Source: Selaginella moellendorffii
Taxonomy: Eukaryota > Plantae > Lycopodiophyta
DNA length: 64,000 nucleotides
Assembly (NCBI RefSeq): GCF_000143415.4
Contig: NW_003314264.1
Location: 2,613,710-2,677,709 of the forward strand
Direction of reading: 5' to 3'
This document shows positions 11,973 to 22,585 of this stretch, in pieces. The notes under the pieces were generated by a model. That model ran no database searches, was not told the DNA's origin, and was given only the letters and a program-made list of their open reading frames with translations. Numbering within the stretch: position 1 is the stretch's first letter; each line of letters opens with the position of its first letter. The position numbers were made by a program, and so were the translations under genes.

Positions 11973-13576
11973 TCAGACAGTAGTAGTAGCTCTCGCAGCG
12001 CTTAGCATTTCGACTATGAGTGTCTTCACATCCCTGAGGAAAAACAAAAGATAGCTCGCTCAAGTTTCTACTCAAAACAAAACTACTAGGGACTTACTTG
12101 CGGTCTTGTGCAGCTCTGGGGAAAGGAATGCGCAATTTTGTTGGTGTTCCTTGAATTGCAGCCTGAAATGCTAGCACCAAATAAGCCAGGGAAGCGAGAA
12201 ATGAAAAACAAAATCAAGAAAGAACTCGCCTTTACGTAGAAACCGAGCGAATCAACGTCCAGCATGAACGCATGATCCACCTGATATCGGATATAACGTA
12301 AGAGAGCAAACAATGATAAAATTCCAGCTACCTTGACTCCAACAACGTGCTCTACAATAGCTTGCGTGTCGGCCGAATGATCTTTGTTCATGTGTGACTG
12401 CATAGTTGACGAAAGTAGCGAGGCGTTACCTTCAAATTTCTTTTCCTTACCGATATCGGTGTTGAGAACTGAGAAATAGGATCGACTTTGGCGGATTGGA
12501 AATTGTCGGAACTGAGGTCTGTAGAGAACTTACATTGGAATTTTTCTGATGCTTTAAATGAAGGCAATACCTTCAACCTCGGCGTGGCCAGTTTTGAGAC
12601 CAGACACAAAACGCACTGTCTTTGGCTTGATCTTTGCGATCTTAAAGTCGCCAAAATCCACCTTCGCATGACAAGATCATATCAGTTCGCAGTTTTCGTC
12701 CGAAATATATCCTACCCAGAACGCGCGCGGATATTTCTTCAAGTAGACTTCGCGAGCTTCTTTCCAGTCTTCGCCCGATACCTGCAACATACATAAAACT
12801 TCGTTGTACTGAAGGCGAAACCAAAATCAGAAACTACTTACGTATGAAGCTTCTCCAACAACAGTGATGGAGGTGTCCGATTTATCGAGAGGATCTCTAG
12901 CAACAAGGAGAGAACATTTTGGATTGCATTCCATGTTCTGCAAAGTCACTACTGGACCGATCGAATTTGCTTCGTACGAATGAAATCAATACCAAAATAC
13001 CTTTGTGTGAGGCGAAAGAGAACTAACAGCAAGAAGAGGTTGACCATTAGAATCAGAAGCAAACTCGATGGTCGATGGAACCGGAAATCCTTCGTACTTC
13101 TGCAAAAAAAAATTACATGAACTGAGAGAAGAAAGAAACAGCAAGGCTAGAAGAACCTGTGAAATCGTTGATAGAAATCCAATTTCCTTGTTCGCTAAAA
13201 GCGTCCGCGCCTCGTCTGCGTGAGAAAGCTTCACAGCTTTGCGCTGGACAACTCGAAGAAACAAAAAATGGTTTCCAATTCCCAAAAACTAAGAAGAGAA
13301 AACAAAAACACACCTGGTGATCGCTCACAACCTGCCATATGTTTGCTTCCGCATGATCGCTCGAAACAGCCTGAAAGTCACACAGAAAAACAAAGAAAAA
13401 ATAAAAAAGAGGAAAGGTGAGAAAGGTGAGAAATCTAGCGAAAGAAATCCAGTTACCTGCTGAGCAGCGTCCGCCATGGCGAAATTCCTCGAGGAGAGGA
13501 CCAGCCGCTTGGCGCAGTGGCCGAGAGCAGCCCCTCGCAAAACTGGAGTCGCGGAATGGAACCCTAGCGCCCCCAT
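11973..13576 (-). CDS. HOZ: HugZ-like heme oxygenase / pyridoxamine 5'-phosphate oxidase family protein (At3g03890-like), multi-exon
   Basis: Spliced peptides LSTISQKYEGFP, AVSSLSPHTK, NPKCSLLVARDP, AFWVDFGDF, SHMNKDH, LRIPFPRAAQDRKDVKTLIVEML*. Transit-peptide-like N-terminus. Confidence 0.88.
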
Positions 13577-13778
13577 TTCGTAACAAGAAGAATACCACGA
13601 GCTGTTACTGGTAGTATACATCGGCAACCATTGAAATACAGAAGAAAGAGATCCTTTTTAGTGGTAAGAAAATCACATTTTCTCTAGAAAATCTCAACCA
13701 TCTCTCAAGTTGGAACTTGACTTCTCTGGGCGTGTGGCGGCCATATCTCTTCGGCAAAGGCGAAAAGAATCTTGCAGT

Positions 13779-14953
13779 TTACTTTGAGATCGAACTGGAG
13801 GTGTCCGGGAAAGGATTGCACTGGGGAGACACTTTGCTCAACGAATTACCTGACAAAGAATAGCATTTTTGTCAAACAGAACAACGAAGCTGGAGGCTTC
13901 CAAGCAAACCATAAGAAAAAGAAATTTGAAGCGAAGCAAAGAAGAATCAAAGATCCTACCTTTCGCGATTGCCTCGAGCATTCTCACAACCTCGCTCATG
14001 CGGGGCCGCTTATCCGGATTCTTCTTCCAGCAGCGCTTCATCACGTACGCGAGCTCGCCGGGACACGACCGCGGGATCTTGGGCCGCAAGTTCCGATACA
14101 CGAGCCCCTTGGTGATGTCTGCCAGGCTCAAGCACACCAATCCATACGCCATGTCGCAGCTATAGATCTCCAGCAAGCAAATCCCAAAGCTGAAAACATC
14201 CGACTTGCAATCGTATGCCCGCCCGTCCATCACCTCGGGCGCCATGTATCCGAAAGTTCCAATCTCCCCGCTCATGGCCTGATCGGCCTCCATCAGGATC
14301 CTGGCCGAATCAAAGTCGCCAATCTTGGCGCGGAGAGCCGAGTCGAGCAGGATGTTCTTGGTCTTGACATCCCTGTGGATGATCTTCCGCGAGTGCAGGT
14401 ACTCGAGCCCCCTGGCTATGTCGATTCCCAGCTGGATCACGAGCTTGTAGCTCAGCCTCTTGTGCTGCGACATGAGATACTCGCGCAAGCTTCCGGTGGA
14501 CATATACTCGGAGACGAGGCAGCAAACGTTGGAGAAGGCGTTCTTGTCCGCCACGCCGGGCGAAGCACCGATGAGCTTGACGATGTTTGGATGATCCAGC
14601 TTCCGCCAGATTCGCAGCTCCCGCATGAGGCAAACGCGCCGCCAGTCGGAGATCCCGTCCCCGGCCAGCCCCGGCTTGCTGCAATCCAAGAGCTTGATGG
14701 CCACTTCCTCGTTGTTGTATGTTCCCCGGTGGACCTTTCCAATCGCGCCGAGGCCGATCACTTCCCGGATCACCAGCTTGGACATATCGATCGTCTGGAG
14801 AGGCTTTGGAGCTCCTGCTGCTGCTGCTGCTGCTGGTGTTGATTCCTTGAACTTGCGCGATCCTGATATCGATCCGATGCTCATCGTTCTGCTCCACTGC
14901 CTGTCGAGAATTACATCTAGCTTCACGAACTTACCTTGTTCTTGAGGAGTCAT
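13779..14953 (-). CDS. Raf-like MAPKKK, group C7 (CBC/ATN1/MRK1-like)
   Basis: IDMSKL, VAIK, WRKLDHPNI, HRDVKTKN, GTFGYMAPE, EIYSCDM, NLRPKIPRSCP. One probable intron (about 13852-13959) near the C-terminus. Confidence 0.85.
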
Positions 14954-14967
14954 ATCGCGAAGGAGGG

Positions 14968-15035
14968 GAGAGAGAGAGAGAGAGAGAGAGAGAGCGGGGG
15001 TGAGTGAGAGAGAGTGAGAGTGAGAGAGTGAGAGA
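14968..15035. repeat. (GA)n/(GAGT) microsatellite, the CT-rich 5' leader of the kinase gene
   Basis: Read directly from the sequence. TATA-like ctatatag near 15102. Confidence 0.85.
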
Positions 15036-15261
15036 ATCGCCCCTCTTTCCCTGCAAATCGCTATCGTTCACTATCTTTTGTTTCCGAAGTCTTCCCAATC
15101 GCTATATAGGCCATGGGAGAGGGGGTCAATAATTTCGACAGTATGTTCCTGTGCATATACCTACGATTTGTGAATTCCAGATAATCAACACCATTTGTGG
15201 GACATAACTAGTTAGACAGCGTCGGGTGGATAATACTCTTTCAATCAAATCAATGATAAAA

Positions 15262-17463
15262 CTATATAGATTGAGAGTTTAGATTCGATAACAAAACATA
15301 TGGCGATGACTCTTCTGGATCCAATTCCATCACTCTCTTTTGGATATGACCTCCACTGCCCCGGGCATTCCCATCTCCACTTTGGCACGCCCCCAGCACC
15401 GTCGTCCACGACACCACGTCCGGCTCAAACGGCATGCTCTGGACGAGATCCTTGGCGTCCCGAATATACCCCGCCCGGCCCAAAAGATCCACCATGCACC
15501 GGTAGTGGTCCGCCCTGTACGGAAGCCCGAAATCCAACCGCGCCGACCAGAAGTACGTCAGCCCCGTCTTGCACTCGCCCGAGTGGCTGGAGACCGCCAG
15601 CATTATGGTAAATGTCACCTGGTCGGGGGGCACGCCCTCCACGTGCAAGGCGTGGAAGACGTGTACGGCCTCGGCGTGGCAGCTGAACTGGGCGTAGGCC
15701 GCCAGCATCGCGTTCCAAGTTATGGTATCTTTACGTACCATGCTCGAGAAGACGAGCTCCGCGCCGTGGAGGCTACCGCACTTGGCGTACATGGTAACCA
15801 CGGCGTTACCGACGGTAACGTCCCAGCTCAGGCTGCTGTCGCCGATGTGGGCGTGGATCACACGGCTGAGAGGCAGCGAGCCTATGGCCGTGCACGCGTC
15901 CACCACCCCCACGAACGTGATCTCGTTAGGCCGGACTCCCTCGACGTCCATTGTACGGTAGAGTTGCAGTGCCTCGTGGCCGCGAGCGTTTTGGGAGTAG
16001 CCCGAGATCATCGCGTTCCAGGAGACGAGGTTCCGGACGGGCATTCGGTCGAACACGTCGCGGGCCTCGTCCAGTTGCCCCCGTGAGGCAAATGCGGTTA
16101 CCATCGTCGTCCAGGAGATCACGTCCGGATTTGGGATTCGATCAAAGAGCTTTCTCGCTTCGGTGATAAGCCCTGATTGGGAAAATCCGGAAAGAAGTGC
16201 GTTCCACGAGACTAAGTCGCGGTATGGCGTCCGGTGGAACATTTCCCTGGCCTCCTCCATATGCCCGTGTTGGGTATATCCCGTAATCATCGCGTTCCAA
16301 GATACCATATTCTTGTCTGGCATCTTTTCAAAGAGCTCCTGGGCTTCTCGGAGATGCCCGTTTTGTGTGTATGCCGAAATCATTGCGTTCCATGAGATAG
16401 TGCTTTTCTTTGGCATGGAATCAAAGAACTTTCGCGCTAGATCAAGATGCCCTGTTTGGGCATAAGCCGTAAGCATTGCCGTCCAGGCAGTGAGATCTTT
16501 GTGTGGCATTGCGTCGAAGATTTTTCTTGCTCGAGCGAGATCGTTTGCCTGCGCGTACGCGGAGATCATCGTTGTCCACGAGACAATGTCACGGTTGGGC
16601 ATCTTCTCGAAGAGCAATTGAGCACGGTTTACTTGCCGGGTGTGTACGCAAGCCTTGAGCATCGTGTTCCAGGAGATGGAATCCCTCTTCGGCATCGCGG
16701 CAAAGAGATCCATGGCTGTTTGGAACTGGTTGCTCTCGGCGTAAGCCGCCAGCATTGCGTTGCCGCAGTAGAGATCATCGGCGCCATAGCTCTCATGGAT
16801 GAGCTTTGCTTCGTGGATCTGGCCCTTTTGAGCGTAGCCCAGCACCATCACCGTGCACGCGATCCCACTCTTCTCTGGCATTCGATCAAAGAGATCTCTC
16901 GCTGAGCTGAGCTTTCCTTCTTTGGCATAGGCAGTGACGATCGTGTTCCAGGAAACTTGATCTAGAACAGGGCTCTCATCAAAGAGCTTCCTGGCTTCTT
17001 GGAGATGCCCGTTTTGGGCACATGCCGAGATCATCGTGTTCCAGGAGATCACATTCTTGTTTTGCAGCAAATCAAAGACCTTTCGCGCTTCGTCAACTTT
17101 CTTGTTCTGTCCATAGACAGCGATCATTGCGTTCCACGTCGCAAGGTTTTTCAAAGGCATTTTCTCAAAGAGCGTCGATGCTTTCTCGAGATGCCCGTTC
17201 CGGGAATATGCCAGGAGCATCACATTCCATGAGTAGACGTTCCTCTGCGCGATTCCCTCAAACACGTCGACCGCGTCTTTCAAGCTCCCGCACTTTCCGT
17301 ACATCTCTATGAGGAGGTTCTGGAGATAGGTGTTTTGCTGCTCGTGGCTGCCAAGGATCTTTACGTGGAGGCGCTTGCCTTCGGCCAAATCTCTGGTTTT
17401 GCCACACGATTTAAGCAGCGAGGCATAGAAATGCGTATCAATCGTCGCAAGCTCCACCGCCAT
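15262..17463 (-). CDS. PLS-class PPR protein 1 (long SS array, P-L-S, P2-L2-S2-E1, truncated E2; no DYW)
   Basis: 733-aa intronless ORF with many 31-aa xxSWNAMIxAYAQNGHLxEARxLFDxMP repeats, ending HYRCMVDLLGRAG...PYVLLSN. Confidence 0.93.
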   Translation of the reverse strand: MAVELATIDTHFYASLLKSCGKTRDLAEGKRLHVKILGSHEQQNTYLQNLLIEMYGKCGSLKDAVDVFEGIAQRNVYSWNVMLLAYSRNGHLEKASTLFEKMPLKNLATWNAMIAVYGQNKKVDEARKVFDLLQNKNVISWNTMISACAQNGHLQEARKLFDESPVLDQVSWNTIVTAYAKEGKLSSARDLFDRMPEKSGIACTVMVLGYAQKGQIHEAKLIHESYGADDLYCGNAMLAAYAESNQFQTAMDLFAAMPKRDSISWNTMLKACVHTRQVNRAQLLFEKMPNRDIVSWTTMISAYAQANDLARARKIFDAMPHKDLTAWTAMLTAYAQTGHLDLARKFFDSMPKKSTISWNAMISAYTQNGHLREAQELFEKMPDKNMVSWNAMITGYTQHGHMEEAREMFHRTPYRDLVSWNALLSGFSQSGLITEARKLFDRIPNPDVISWTTMVTAFASRGQLDEARDVFDRMPVRNLVSWNAMISGYSQNARGHEALQLYRTMDVEGVRPNEITFVGVVDACTAIGSLPLSRVIHAHIGDSSLSWDVTVGNAVVTMYAKCGSLHGAELVFSSMVRKDTITWNAMLAAYAQFSCHAEAVHVFHALHVEGVPPDQVTFTIMLAVSSHSGECKTGLTYFWSARLDFGLPYRADHYRCMVDLLGRAGYIRDAKDLVQSMPFEPDVVSWTTVLGACQSGDGNARGSGGHIQKRVMELDPEESSPYVLLSNLNSQSI

Positions 17464-17477
17464 CGCTGCTGATCAGA

Positions 17478-19352
17478 ATGGAGCTCGAGGAGTGCCTCCG
17501 CCTCGTTCAATCCTGCCACAGCATCGCATCCGCGAGAGAAGTTCATTCCAAAATCGCCCACCACTCCATCCCAACCAGCACTTTCCTCGCGAACAAGCTC
17601 ATCGAGATGTACGGGCGGTGCGGCAGCGTTCCAGACGCCATGGCCGTCTTTGATTCCATGGGCCCGAGAAAAGATGCCTTCACCTGGGTGTTCATGCTGT
17701 CGGCATATTCTCGAAATGGGCATCTCGACGAGGCCCGGAAGCTCTTTTGCGACTGCATGCCGTATCACAGCCTGGTGGGGTGGACGGCCCTGCTGGACGC
17801 GTACGGACAGCACGCTAGACTGGATGATGCTCGCCACGTGTTCGAATCTATGCCCGAGTGGGACCAGGTGTCCCTCAACGCAGTGCTTTCGGCATATACC
17901 CGGCATGGGCATCTAGCATTCGCGGAGAGTATATTCTCTGCCATGCCACAGAGGAACCTCGTTTCTTGCAACGCAATGCTAGCAGCGTATGCTCACAACG
18001 GTGAGACCGTATGTGCAAAACGAATATATGACTCAATGCCGGAATGGGATCTGGTATCGCTGACTACTATGGTTGTAGCATATGCCGTTTCAAGGCATGT
18101 AGAGAATGCTAAGATATGTTTTGACCAAATGCCGCTCAGGAACCTTGTGTCTTGGAATTCGATGCTGAGCTCCTACACTCAAAACGGGCATTCAGCGGAA
18201 GCTAAATTGTTTTTTGATAGCATGCCACAGCATGGTCTAGTGTCACTGAATTTGATGCTTTCCTTGTATGCCCAGAATGGCCTCCACGACGAGGCAAAGT
18301 CTCTGTTCTACCAAATGCCACAACGTGATGTTGTCTCTTGGAACACGATGATCTCGCTGTACGCAGACCGGGGAGATGTTGGGACAGCCACAAAGTTCGT
18401 TGATGGGATGCCGTGCAGGAATATCGTCTCGTGGAATGCCGTGCTTAGTGCTCACAGCCAAGCTGGGCATGTTGAAGAGGCCAAATGTCTGTTTGATCAG
18501 ATGCCACAGAGGGATCTGATCTCGTGGAACTCAATTCTTGTGGCATTTGTCCGGAATGGGCATTTTGAGTATGCAATGAGGACTCTAGAGACCATGCCCG
18601 AGCAAAGCCTTTACGCTTTGACTGCTATGATAAGCACGTATGCCCAAGTCGGGCATATCGAGAGCGCTTGGAAAGTTTTCAGTATCGTTTCTGGAAGAAA
18701 CACTGTTTTGTGGACTACGATGCTTGTCGCTTTTGGAGAAAACGGCTATGTTCAGGAAGCAAAGCTTTTGTTCGATCACATGGAAGGAAAAGATGCCGTT
18801 GTTTGGAATTCAATGCTGTCGGCGTATGCCCAAAAAGGGCATCACGCTAATGTCTCAAAGCTTCTTAGTACGATGCCTGAACCAAGTCTAGTGTCTTGGA
18901 ATGCTGCTCTCGGTGCATATGCCCGGCACGACCACAACTCTAGCAAGGTTTTCGATTCTTTATACACCATGAACACGATTGAAGCAGTTGACGAGACGTG
19001 CTCTAGTTTGGTGCTCCTGGCTTGCAGCCACAAGGGCGAAGTTTACGTTGCTCGACGATTCTTTATTTCAATGGTGTGGGACTTTGAAGTGGTGCCGACC
19101 AAGCAACACTACTGCTGCATGGTTGATATTTTGAGTCGCGCCGGTCACTTGGCCGATGCCAAAGAGCTCATCGAGACCATGCCTTTTGTGCCCGATTCTT
19201 TCGAGTGGCGGTGCCTGCTCGCGGCTGGACGATCCCACGATAATCTTGGAGATGGAATTGCAGCAGCAACTAATGTTTTTGGTCTGGATCGCAGTGATGC
19301 AACAAGCTATGTGTTGTTATCTAATTCTTACTCGATCATCAAGAGCACTTGA
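17478..19352 (+). CDS. PLS-class PPR protein 2 (SS array, E1, truncated E2)
   Basis: 624-aa intronless ORF with 31-aa repeats, ending HYCCMVDILSRAG...SYVLLSNSY. Confidence 0.93.
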   Translation: MELEECLRLVQSCHSIASAREVHSKIAHHSIPTSTFLANKLIEMYGRCGSVPDAMAVFDSMGPRKDAFTWVFMLSAYSRNGHLDEARKLFCDCMPYHSLVGWTALLDAYGQHARLDDARHVFESMPEWDQVSLNAVLSAYTRHGHLAFAESIFSAMPQRNLVSCNAMLAAYAHNGETVCAKRIYDSMPEWDLVSLTTMVVAYAVSRHVENAKICFDQMPLRNLVSWNSMLSSYTQNGHSAEAKLFFDSMPQHGLVSLNLMLSLYAQNGLHDEAKSLFYQMPQRDVVSWNTMISLYADRGDVGTATKFVDGMPCRNIVSWNAVLSAHSQAGHVEEAKCLFDQMPQRDLISWNSILVAFVRNGHFEYAMRTLETMPEQSLYALTAMISTYAQVGHIESAWKVFSIVSGRNTVLWTTMLVAFGENGYVQEAKLLFDHMEGKDAVVWNSMLSAYAQKGHHANVSKLLSTMPEPSLVSWNAALGAYARHDHNSSKVFDSLYTMNTIEAVDETCSSLVLLACSHKGEVYVARRFFISMVWDFEVVPTKQHYCCMVDILSRAGHLADAKELIETMPFVPDSFEWRCLLAAGRSHDNLGDGIAAATNVFGLDRSDATSYVLLSNSYSIIKST

Positions 19353-19394
19353 ACTTGTTTCGTTCTCAATTGGCGCACACCAAGATCATGGTGA

Positions 19395-20330
19395 TTATGG
19401 CTTTGAAGAAAAGCTGGGTTTAAACACAAAGCTATCTCTATAGCTATCTGGACACCACGCTCCTTTGAGCCACTCCCATTGCCGTCGAACTGGATAGTAT
19501 GTAACTATGACACCTCCAGCGGCTTGTCGGTGAGGCGCGGTCACGTAAAACACGATCACGTCGTCGACCAGTTCCATTCGGAGCGGATAAACACTGAGCT
19601 TCGAATCTTGCAAGTCACTTCCAAATCCCAGGTTTGAGACCTGCATAGGCCGCATGCAATCGTCCAGTTCCCAAATCCGTAAACCGCAGAATTTCAGGCT
19701 GTCAATGTCCCTCCATTCCGTGGCTACGATGAACTTGTCACCACATACACACTTCCCAACGAAAAGCTCTCCTGTCAATACCCACGAATTTGATCTGTGG
19801 TTTTCCCTGCGAAGATCTATGCACGTTTTCGATGCATTTGGTTTGGCAAAAGGTCCTGACCACCCTTTTGACTCCTTTGACGAGTCGTATGTGTACGTGT
19901 ACGTGTTCCCGCCACCTTTCAAGGTCAAACCAATTGTATACACTCCCGTAAACGGGTCATGCCTGAACTCCATGTTGGAAACATGTAGATTGAACTGTCC
20001 CAAGCTTAATTTCTTCCATTTTCTAGTTATCGGATTCCCAACAAATATGTATGGCCATTTCATGCCACAGACGAGCCCAGCAGACGAAGCCCAGAGCGAC
20101 GTGCTGATTCTTGACAATCCTTCCACTGGCCAAGCCACAGTCGTTGCAAGTGGATCCCATAGCTGTAAACTATTCCCAAGGTGCAATAGAACGACTAGAT
20201 TCCTCGCTGAAAACCACGGGGATTGGACTAGCTCGAGCCACTCCTTGCAAACCAAGCGTGCGCGGAAGAGACTTTGTATGTCAAGGCGCGAGAGAACGTC
20301 TAGCATGAGATGGTGATCGAGGGGTTCCAT
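19395..20330 (-). CDS. F-box protein, intronless
   Basis: N-terminal F-box LDHHLMLDVLSRLDIQSLFRARLVCKEW, followed by ASSAGLVC..VGNPITRKWKKL, ending FVFKPSF. Confidence 0.85.
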   Translation of the reverse strand: MEPLDHHLMLDVLSRLDIQSLFRARLVCKEWLELVQSPWFSARNLVVLLHLGNSLQLWDPLATTVAWPVEGLSRISTSLWASSAGLVCGMKWPYIFVGNPITRKWKKLSLGQFNLHVSNMEFRHDPFTGVYTIGLTLKGGGNTYTYTYDSSKESKGWSGPFAKPNASKTCIDLRRENHRSNSWVLTGELFVGKCVCGDKFIVATEWRDIDSLKFCGLRIWELDDCMRPMQVSNLGFGSDLQDSKLSVYPLRMELVDDVIVFYVTAPHRQAAGGVIVTYYPVRRQWEWLKGAWCPDSYRDSFVFKPSFSSKP

Positions 20331-20421
20331 TTGCGCTTGGATTAGGGTAAAAAGGAAGTTTTTACCCCCTTCTCTTAATTCAATAAAAGGAGAGAAAAAG
20401 GGATCAAGTCACCTTTATGTT

Positions 20422-22467
20422 ATGCCCATCTCTCCTCCTCAATCTAGCCCATCCAAATGCATTGAGGATTTTTCTTCGTCAATCCGCGAAGCCAACCAGC
20501 TCATTGAGATGTATGGAAGATGCGGGAGCGTCGATCGAGCACGGCAAGTGTTTGACGACATCGCGGCTAAGGATCAAGCATCGTGGTCGCTGCTGCTGTT
20601 GGCGTATTCCCGGAATGGGTATGTGCGAGAAGCCAAGAGCGTTTTTTATGCCATGCCGGAATGGTGCATGGTATCGCTCAACTCTATGCTGGGATGCTAC
20701 GTGAAAAATGGGCTGCTGGAGGACGCTGAGAAGTTCTTTTTTGATTGTATGGCCCTGTGGAGTGTGGTGTCGTGGAACACTGTTATATCGGGCTATGCCC
20801 AGTCTGGGGATTGCGAGGATGCGAAGAGGGTGTTTGATTTGATGCCTTGGAAGAATATGGTGTCGTGGAGCTCGATGCTTGTGGCTTATGCTAATGACAA
20901 GAAGCTCAAGGACGCAGAGGAAATATTTGGTGAAATGCCTTTGCTTGACACTGTCGCCTGGACATCTATGCTGGTTGCATATGCCCAAAACGGGGTTTTA
21001 AACAAAGCTGAAGAGATTTTTGGCAAAATGCCAGAGAGAAACTTGGTGTCCTTTAATGCAATGCTTGCAGCATTTTCACACAGCAATAATGTCTTAAAGA
21101 CGGAGTATTTCTTCAAAGAGATGCCAGAGAAAAATGTGGTTTCTTGGAATGCCATGCTTGCAGCATATGCCCAAACTGGGCATTTGGAAAACGCTAAGCT
21201 CGCGTTTTGCTCTATGTCACAACATAATCTCTTCTCTTGGAATTCAATGCTGGCTGCCTACGCCCAGTACGGTCATTTAAAAACCACTAAAGATATGTTT
21301 TACTGGAAGATGCCGCAGTGGAACTTGGTGTCATGGAACACCATGATAAACGCTCACTTGCAAGCCGAGGATTTGGGTGGCGCCAGAGAAATCTTTGCTG
21401 CGATGCCGCAGCACGACACCATCGCCTGGAACTCGATTATGGCAGCGTACGCTCAGCAGGGACTGGTGGAGAACGCAAAGCAGATGTTTGATTCCATGCC
21501 TCAATGGAACCAAGTCTCATTCAACGCGATGATCTCCGCCTACTCGTATCTACACGAAAGTCATGGCGAAGGATTGGCAGCAGCGAGAAAACTCTTTGAT
21601 CTCATGCCGCAGCTCTCGCTCGTATCTTGCAACTCGATGCTATCGCTGCTCTCGGAGAACTCTAAAGTGGAGCGAGCCAAGGAGATGTTCGAGGAGATAC
21701 CCCAGCGTGACTTGGTTTCCTGGACGGCCATGCTCGTTGGGTATGCCCGAGCTGGGCATATCGACGAAGCCAAGAACTTGTTCGATGCAATGCCGCAGTG
21801 GGACGTGGTGAGCTTCACGTCGATGCTGCTGACATTCTCTCGGAGCGGCCTGGTGGCGGAAGCCAAGCAAATCTTCGACGCCATTCCGCAACACAACTCC
21901 GTCTCCTGGGATGCGATGCTGGTTTGCTACGCGCAGAGCGGCGATGCTCACTCTTCCAAGCGTCTTTTCGATGCCATGCCGGAGCACGACCTGGTGGCGT
22001 GGAATGCGCTCCTCGCGGGGCATGCCCAGCTCGGGCAGCCCGAGGCTGCGGCGCAAACTTTCGACGAGATAAAAATGGTGGAGCGGCCGGATGCGATCTG
22101 CTTCGTGTCCATCATGACCGTTTGCGAGCTGGAGCAGTGCCGTGAGTGCTTTGTTTCGATGGTTGGAGACTTCGGAGTGGTGGCGAGGAAGCAGCACTAC
22201 TCGTGTCTTGTGGATGTGCTGGGACGAGCCGGGCATATCACCAAGGCCATGGATCTCATCACCAACATGCCCTTTGAGGAGGACTGTGTGGATTGGATGT
22301 GCTTTCTCGACGCTTGCAGGAGGCACAGCGATGTGGCCCATGGAGCGCAAGGAGCAAAACGCCTCTTGGAGATTGATCCAGGAAACTCAGGTGCTCTGGT
22401 GGTGCTGGGATCCATGTTTACCTTCGGAAAGGGAGTCAAGGTGGTGGATCAGGTTCTTGGTAAATAG
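20422..22467 (+). CDS. PLS-class PPR protein 3 (SS array, E1, truncated E2)
   Basis: 681-aa intronless ORF with 31-aa repeats and HYSCLVDVLGRAG. Confidence 0.92.
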   Translation: MPISPPQSSPSKCIEDFSSSIREANQLIEMYGRCGSVDRARQVFDDIAAKDQASWSLLLLAYSRNGYVREAKSVFYAMPEWCMVSLNSMLGCYVKNGLLEDAEKFFFDCMALWSVVSWNTVISGYAQSGDCEDAKRVFDLMPWKNMVSWSSMLVAYANDKKLKDAEEIFGEMPLLDTVAWTSMLVAYAQNGVLNKAEEIFGKMPERNLVSFNAMLAAFSHSNNVLKTEYFFKEMPEKNVVSWNAMLAAYAQTGHLENAKLAFCSMSQHNLFSWNSMLAAYAQYGHLKTTKDMFYWKMPQWNLVSWNTMINAHLQAEDLGGAREIFAAMPQHDTIAWNSIMAAYAQQGLVENAKQMFDSMPQWNQVSFNAMISAYSYLHESHGEGLAAARKLFDLMPQLSLVSCNSMLSLLSENSKVERAKEMFEEIPQRDLVSWTAMLVGYARAGHIDEAKNLFDAMPQWDVVSFTSMLLTFSRSGLVAEAKQIFDAIPQHNSVSWDAMLVCYAQSGDAHSSKRLFDAMPEHDLVAWNALLAGHAQLGQPEAAAQTFDEIKMVERPDAICFVSIMTVCELEQCRECFVSMVGDFGVVARKQHYSCLVDVLGRAGHITKAMDLITNMPFEEDCVDWMCFLDACRRHSDVAHGAQGAKRLLEIDPGNSGALVVLGSMFTFGKGVKVVDQVLGK

Positions 22468-22585
22468 TCGTCGTGAATAATTTGATCAAAGAAGACTGTA
22501 TATACACTTTTACACGACAGACTCTTTACAGCAACTAGCCTTAAACCCTAAACCCTAGAGCCCATGGGAATCAATCCCTGTTGGA

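Noticed and set aside
13772-14842. 356-aa plus-strand ORF
   Set aside because: Antisense shadow of the kinase CDS. The same applies to the many ORFs opposite the PPR, BELL, VAMP and MSL genes.
22543-22557. Interstitial telomere array
   Set aside because: Only two units, indistinguishable from the telo-boxes common throughout the window.
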